A stretch of 63,149 bases of DNA, counting the filler, from Octopus bimaculoides (lineage: Eukaryota), in assembly GCF_001194135.2 (NCBI RefSeq). It is 3 parts of 3 records of this genome, joined end to end, with 100 filler letters (N's around TTAATTAATTAA, not from the genome) between each part and the next. Parts side by side here need not be neighbours in the genome. Positions count along the whole stretch, not along the records: positions 41,830 to 63,149 come from NC_068997.1; 2 more parts are not named here. The stretch is one strand, 5' to 3'. The notes below the pieces were generated by a model. It was not told the DNA's origin, ran no database searches, and saw only the letters and a program-made list of their open reading frames with translations. Positions 59,834-63,149 of this stretch are shown piece after piece. The position numbers and the translations under genes are program-made. Positions within the stretch are counted from its first letter, which is position 1; each line of letters opens with the position of its first letter.

Positions 59834-60849
59834 TTGTATATAAAAGTGAGTGTACATATACATATATTTATACAAATATATATATATATATATNNNNNNN
59901 NNNNNNNNNNNNNNNNNNNNNNNNNNNNNNNNNNNNNNNNNNNNNNNNNNNNNNNNNNNNNNNNNNNNNNNNNNNNNNNNNNNNNNNNNNNNNNNNNNNN
60001 NNNNNNNNNNNNNNNNNNNNNNNNNNNNNNNNNNNNNNNNNNNNNNNNNNNNNNNNNNNNNNNNNNNNNNNNNNNNNNNNNNNNNNNNNNNNNNNNNNNN
60101 NNNNNNNNNNNNNNNNNNNNNNNNNNNNNNNNNNNNNNNNNNNNNNNNNNNNNNNNNNNNNNNNNNNNNNNNNNNNNNNNNNNNNNNNNNNNNNNNNNNN
60201 NNNNNNNNNNNNNNNNNNNNNNNNNNNNNNNNNNNNNNNNNNNNNNNNNNNNNNNNNNNNNNNNNNNNNNNNNNNNNNNNNNNNNNNNNNNNNNNNNNNN
60301 NNNNNNNNNNNNNNNNNNNNNNNNNNNNNNNNNNNNNNNNNNNNNNNNNNNNNNNNNNNNNNNNNNNNNNNNNNNNNNNNNNNNNNNNNNNNNNNNNNNN
60401 NNNNNNNNNNNNNNNNNNNNNNNNNNNNNNNNNNNNNNNNNNNNNNNNNNNNNNNNNNNNNNNNNNNNNNNNNNNNNNNNNNNNNNNNNNNNNNNNNNNN
60501 NNNNNNNNNNNNNNNNNNNNNNNNNNNNNNNNNNNNNNNNNNNNNNNNNNNNNNNNNNNNNNNNNNNNNNNNNNNNNNNNNNNNNNNNNNNNNNNNNNNN
60601 NNNNNNNNNTATATATATATATATATATAAAGAGAGACAAAACTAAGTAAGATAATACATAACCAACTTACGCCCCATGAGGTTAAACCACTGCACGCCT
60701 ATATATATAAACACTATAGTCATTGTATATATATACGCTGTATATATATAGTCATTGTATATATATACGCTGCATTTGTCAAACGTTAAGCGTAGGTACA
60801 TGGTTCTTTGAGTGCTTATTACCTCGATGAGGGCTGTTGCTTGGGCACA

Positions 60850-60945
60850 TGAATAGCTGTGCACTTAAGAAGTTCGATTTGCCATTGCGTGATCGCGTGT
60901 TCGATCGCATAAACGGGCATCTTGGATGTATGGCTTCTACCATAG
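60850..60945 (+). mobile_element. Highly degraded SINE B head
   Basis: atagctgtgcacttaagaagttcg...ttcgatc...ggcttctaccatag. Confidence 0.5.
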
Positions 60946-61337
60946 GTTTCGTTTTATTTACAAAAAAAAAATGCCCAGCGGAAGTTGCATTTCCCAGTGT
61001 ACAGTGTGTGTGAGTGTGTGTGTGTGTGTGTGTGGGGGGTATATACAATTAGATGGATGACTGCTACTGTTGTTTTTAGGGCTCTTCGTAGATTATTATC
61101 ATCCAGTCTGCATTCATCATAGTAGTTCGTTTACTACTAAATTTAGCAGTACTACTAACGGTGACGCGGTCACATGGCCGACCAGGCTGTCAGATATTGC
61201 TGCACATTGCTGGTCACAATGCACTTTCTGCATTGATCTAACCTTCAAATGACCCACCACCACCACCACCGCTGGCTAGGCGAGCAGGCCAAAAATGCCC
61301 TGCCCTGATCAAGGTGGACTGGAGCAATGTGTATGTA

Positions 61338-61368
<31 letters not shown>

Positions 61369-61374
61369 TACATT

Positions 61375-61555
61375 AAATTTTGGGGGACTAGGCTACTCGA
61401 TTACTGAGACTCAAGCACTCAACTGGTACTTATTTTATCGACCCCGAAATAATGAGAGGCGAAGCCGAACTTTGCAACATTTGAACTTTAGCATATAAAG
61501 GCTGCAGAAACACTGCTAAAAAAATTATCAGGGTTGCTAACGATTCTGCCAACTC
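61375..61555 (-). mobile_element. Degraded SINE family A
   Basis: aaattttggggg...aactggtacttattttatcgacc...gctaacgattctgccaactcg. Confidence 0.75.
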
Positions 61556-63058
61556 GAAATGATAAAAAGAAAACTTCTCTTTGATGTCATTCGAATTTTG
61601 ATCGTAAAGAGTTAGAATAAGCATTTGTATCCATCGCTTTAATGAATTTGCCAATTTTTCCCTGCTCATAACGCCGACAAGGCGATTAAAAAAGAAAACA
61701 CCAAAAATGTACGCGTATTCCGTAATCGTTGTTGTTTTTTAATCACAATATGGCGCCTTTATTTAATTCAAATACCGAGACATTAAGTCTGTCTGAGGAT
61801 TAGATTAAAGTTAGATGTATTTGTTTAATACACATGTACCCTCTTCAGACACACGCTAAATGCAATGGCTGCATTTAATGTTTTACGCGATCTGAGCCAA
61901 TCCAGCCTCCACAGAACACAAGCCGTCGTATCTGAGATACAAATCTCTTGATTGTAACCTATTTTCCCCTTCGATGTACCCTCTTCAGACGAACATTAAA
62001 ACGAAATGGTTGCCAGCGTTTCTCCATAAATTCGAGGGATGTAATGGTCTTGTAGACAGATTTTGGGAACTGCGTTAAATAAATTGAAATTTTCATGATG
62101 TCCGCTATATCATCTACGACATACCAACGGTAGACCATTGCTTTCTACTGCGTTAATACATTAAGTAGGTATTTCTGTATGTATGTATCTGCGAATACGT
62201 GAGTGCATGTATTGATGTAGATGTGTATGTATAAGTACATGAGTGTGTGTGTTTCTATATGCATGCGTATTTGTTTGTATATATATATGAGGAAAAATGC
62301 TAGTTCTAAAATATCCCTAAGAGATCGACGCAGTAGTTGTACTGACAAGTAATATTCGTAGCCATTTTAACATGGCTGTCTTTTCGAGCGGACTCTACTG
62401 CAGTTGTTTAACCCCAAGAGGACATCTCCTCTAACTGTTTAACGATGCACGGCTGCATCCGATGAAATTGCGAGCTGGGGAGCGAATCCCTACCATCTCC
62501 TAGCGACTGGACCAGTCCTGATTTCGGGTTCGAACGGGCAGCCATGTAAAAGGTAAAATCGGACAGAACTCATAGGATGACCTGATACATAAATATAAAT
62601 TATGTAGGTATAAGTTAGAGGTGTTTAAAACCTCTACGGGATGGTTGAATCCAAAGGTACTCCTGGTGATTGCCTGCGTATGTATAGTAATTGGTAAAAG
62701 GTATACTGTAGGAGGTAATTCAGCGGGTAAACCATCGTTTAAATTATATGCAAGAATAAAATGGAGGAAAAATAAAACTGGAAGAAGTAGGTCGTTTGCG
62801 TTAGCAAGCCATTAATTTAATTGATTAATAAAGAAACTGGTAGTAATAGTACATTTACGATCGTTTCTGTTTACCATTTGTAGTGGTAGACATCATCAGA
62901 ATGTATATATATGTATATATAAATACATACATACATACATACATACATACGCATTCATATATGCATATTTGTGTGTTCGAAAGTGCATAGGTCAAACACG
63001 TGTTCTAATTATATGTTCCAGTTATTTAACCCATTACTCATGTGTGAATCAAATATCT

Positions 63059-63059
<1 letters not shown>

Positions 63060-63149
<90 letters not shown>
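63060..63149. repeat. (TA)n(TG)n microsatellite
   Basis: Direct reading. Confidence 0.97.

Overview
Gene-poor, AT-rich, gap-ridden eukaryotic scaffold. The microsatellite load and interspersed repeat families look like an octopus/cephalopod genome, which is my recollection rather than a database result. I found no protein-coding gene I can confidently support; almost every long ORF in the track is a microsatellite or N-gap artefact. The window is dominated by at least six tRNA-headed or LINE-tail SINE-like families (called A-F and H here), DNA-transposon relics (two mariner, one hAT/Charlie, one hATm-like, plus hAT, pogo-type and piggyBac-type MITEs) and non-LTR relics (R4/Dong, HERO, RTE), many of them nested. 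The most unusual element is family D: a tRNA-derived Pol III head, an (AAT)n linker, a Penelope-type minimal hammerhead ribozyme and a (AATGTAAAT)n tail. All three copies have an inverted (head-to-head or fold-back) architecture, and one is bounded by an 11-bp TSD. Two further unrelated minimal hammerheads, a second inverted tRNA-headed element, an internally deleted HERO mini-element and a strong recursive-splice-like motif are also present.
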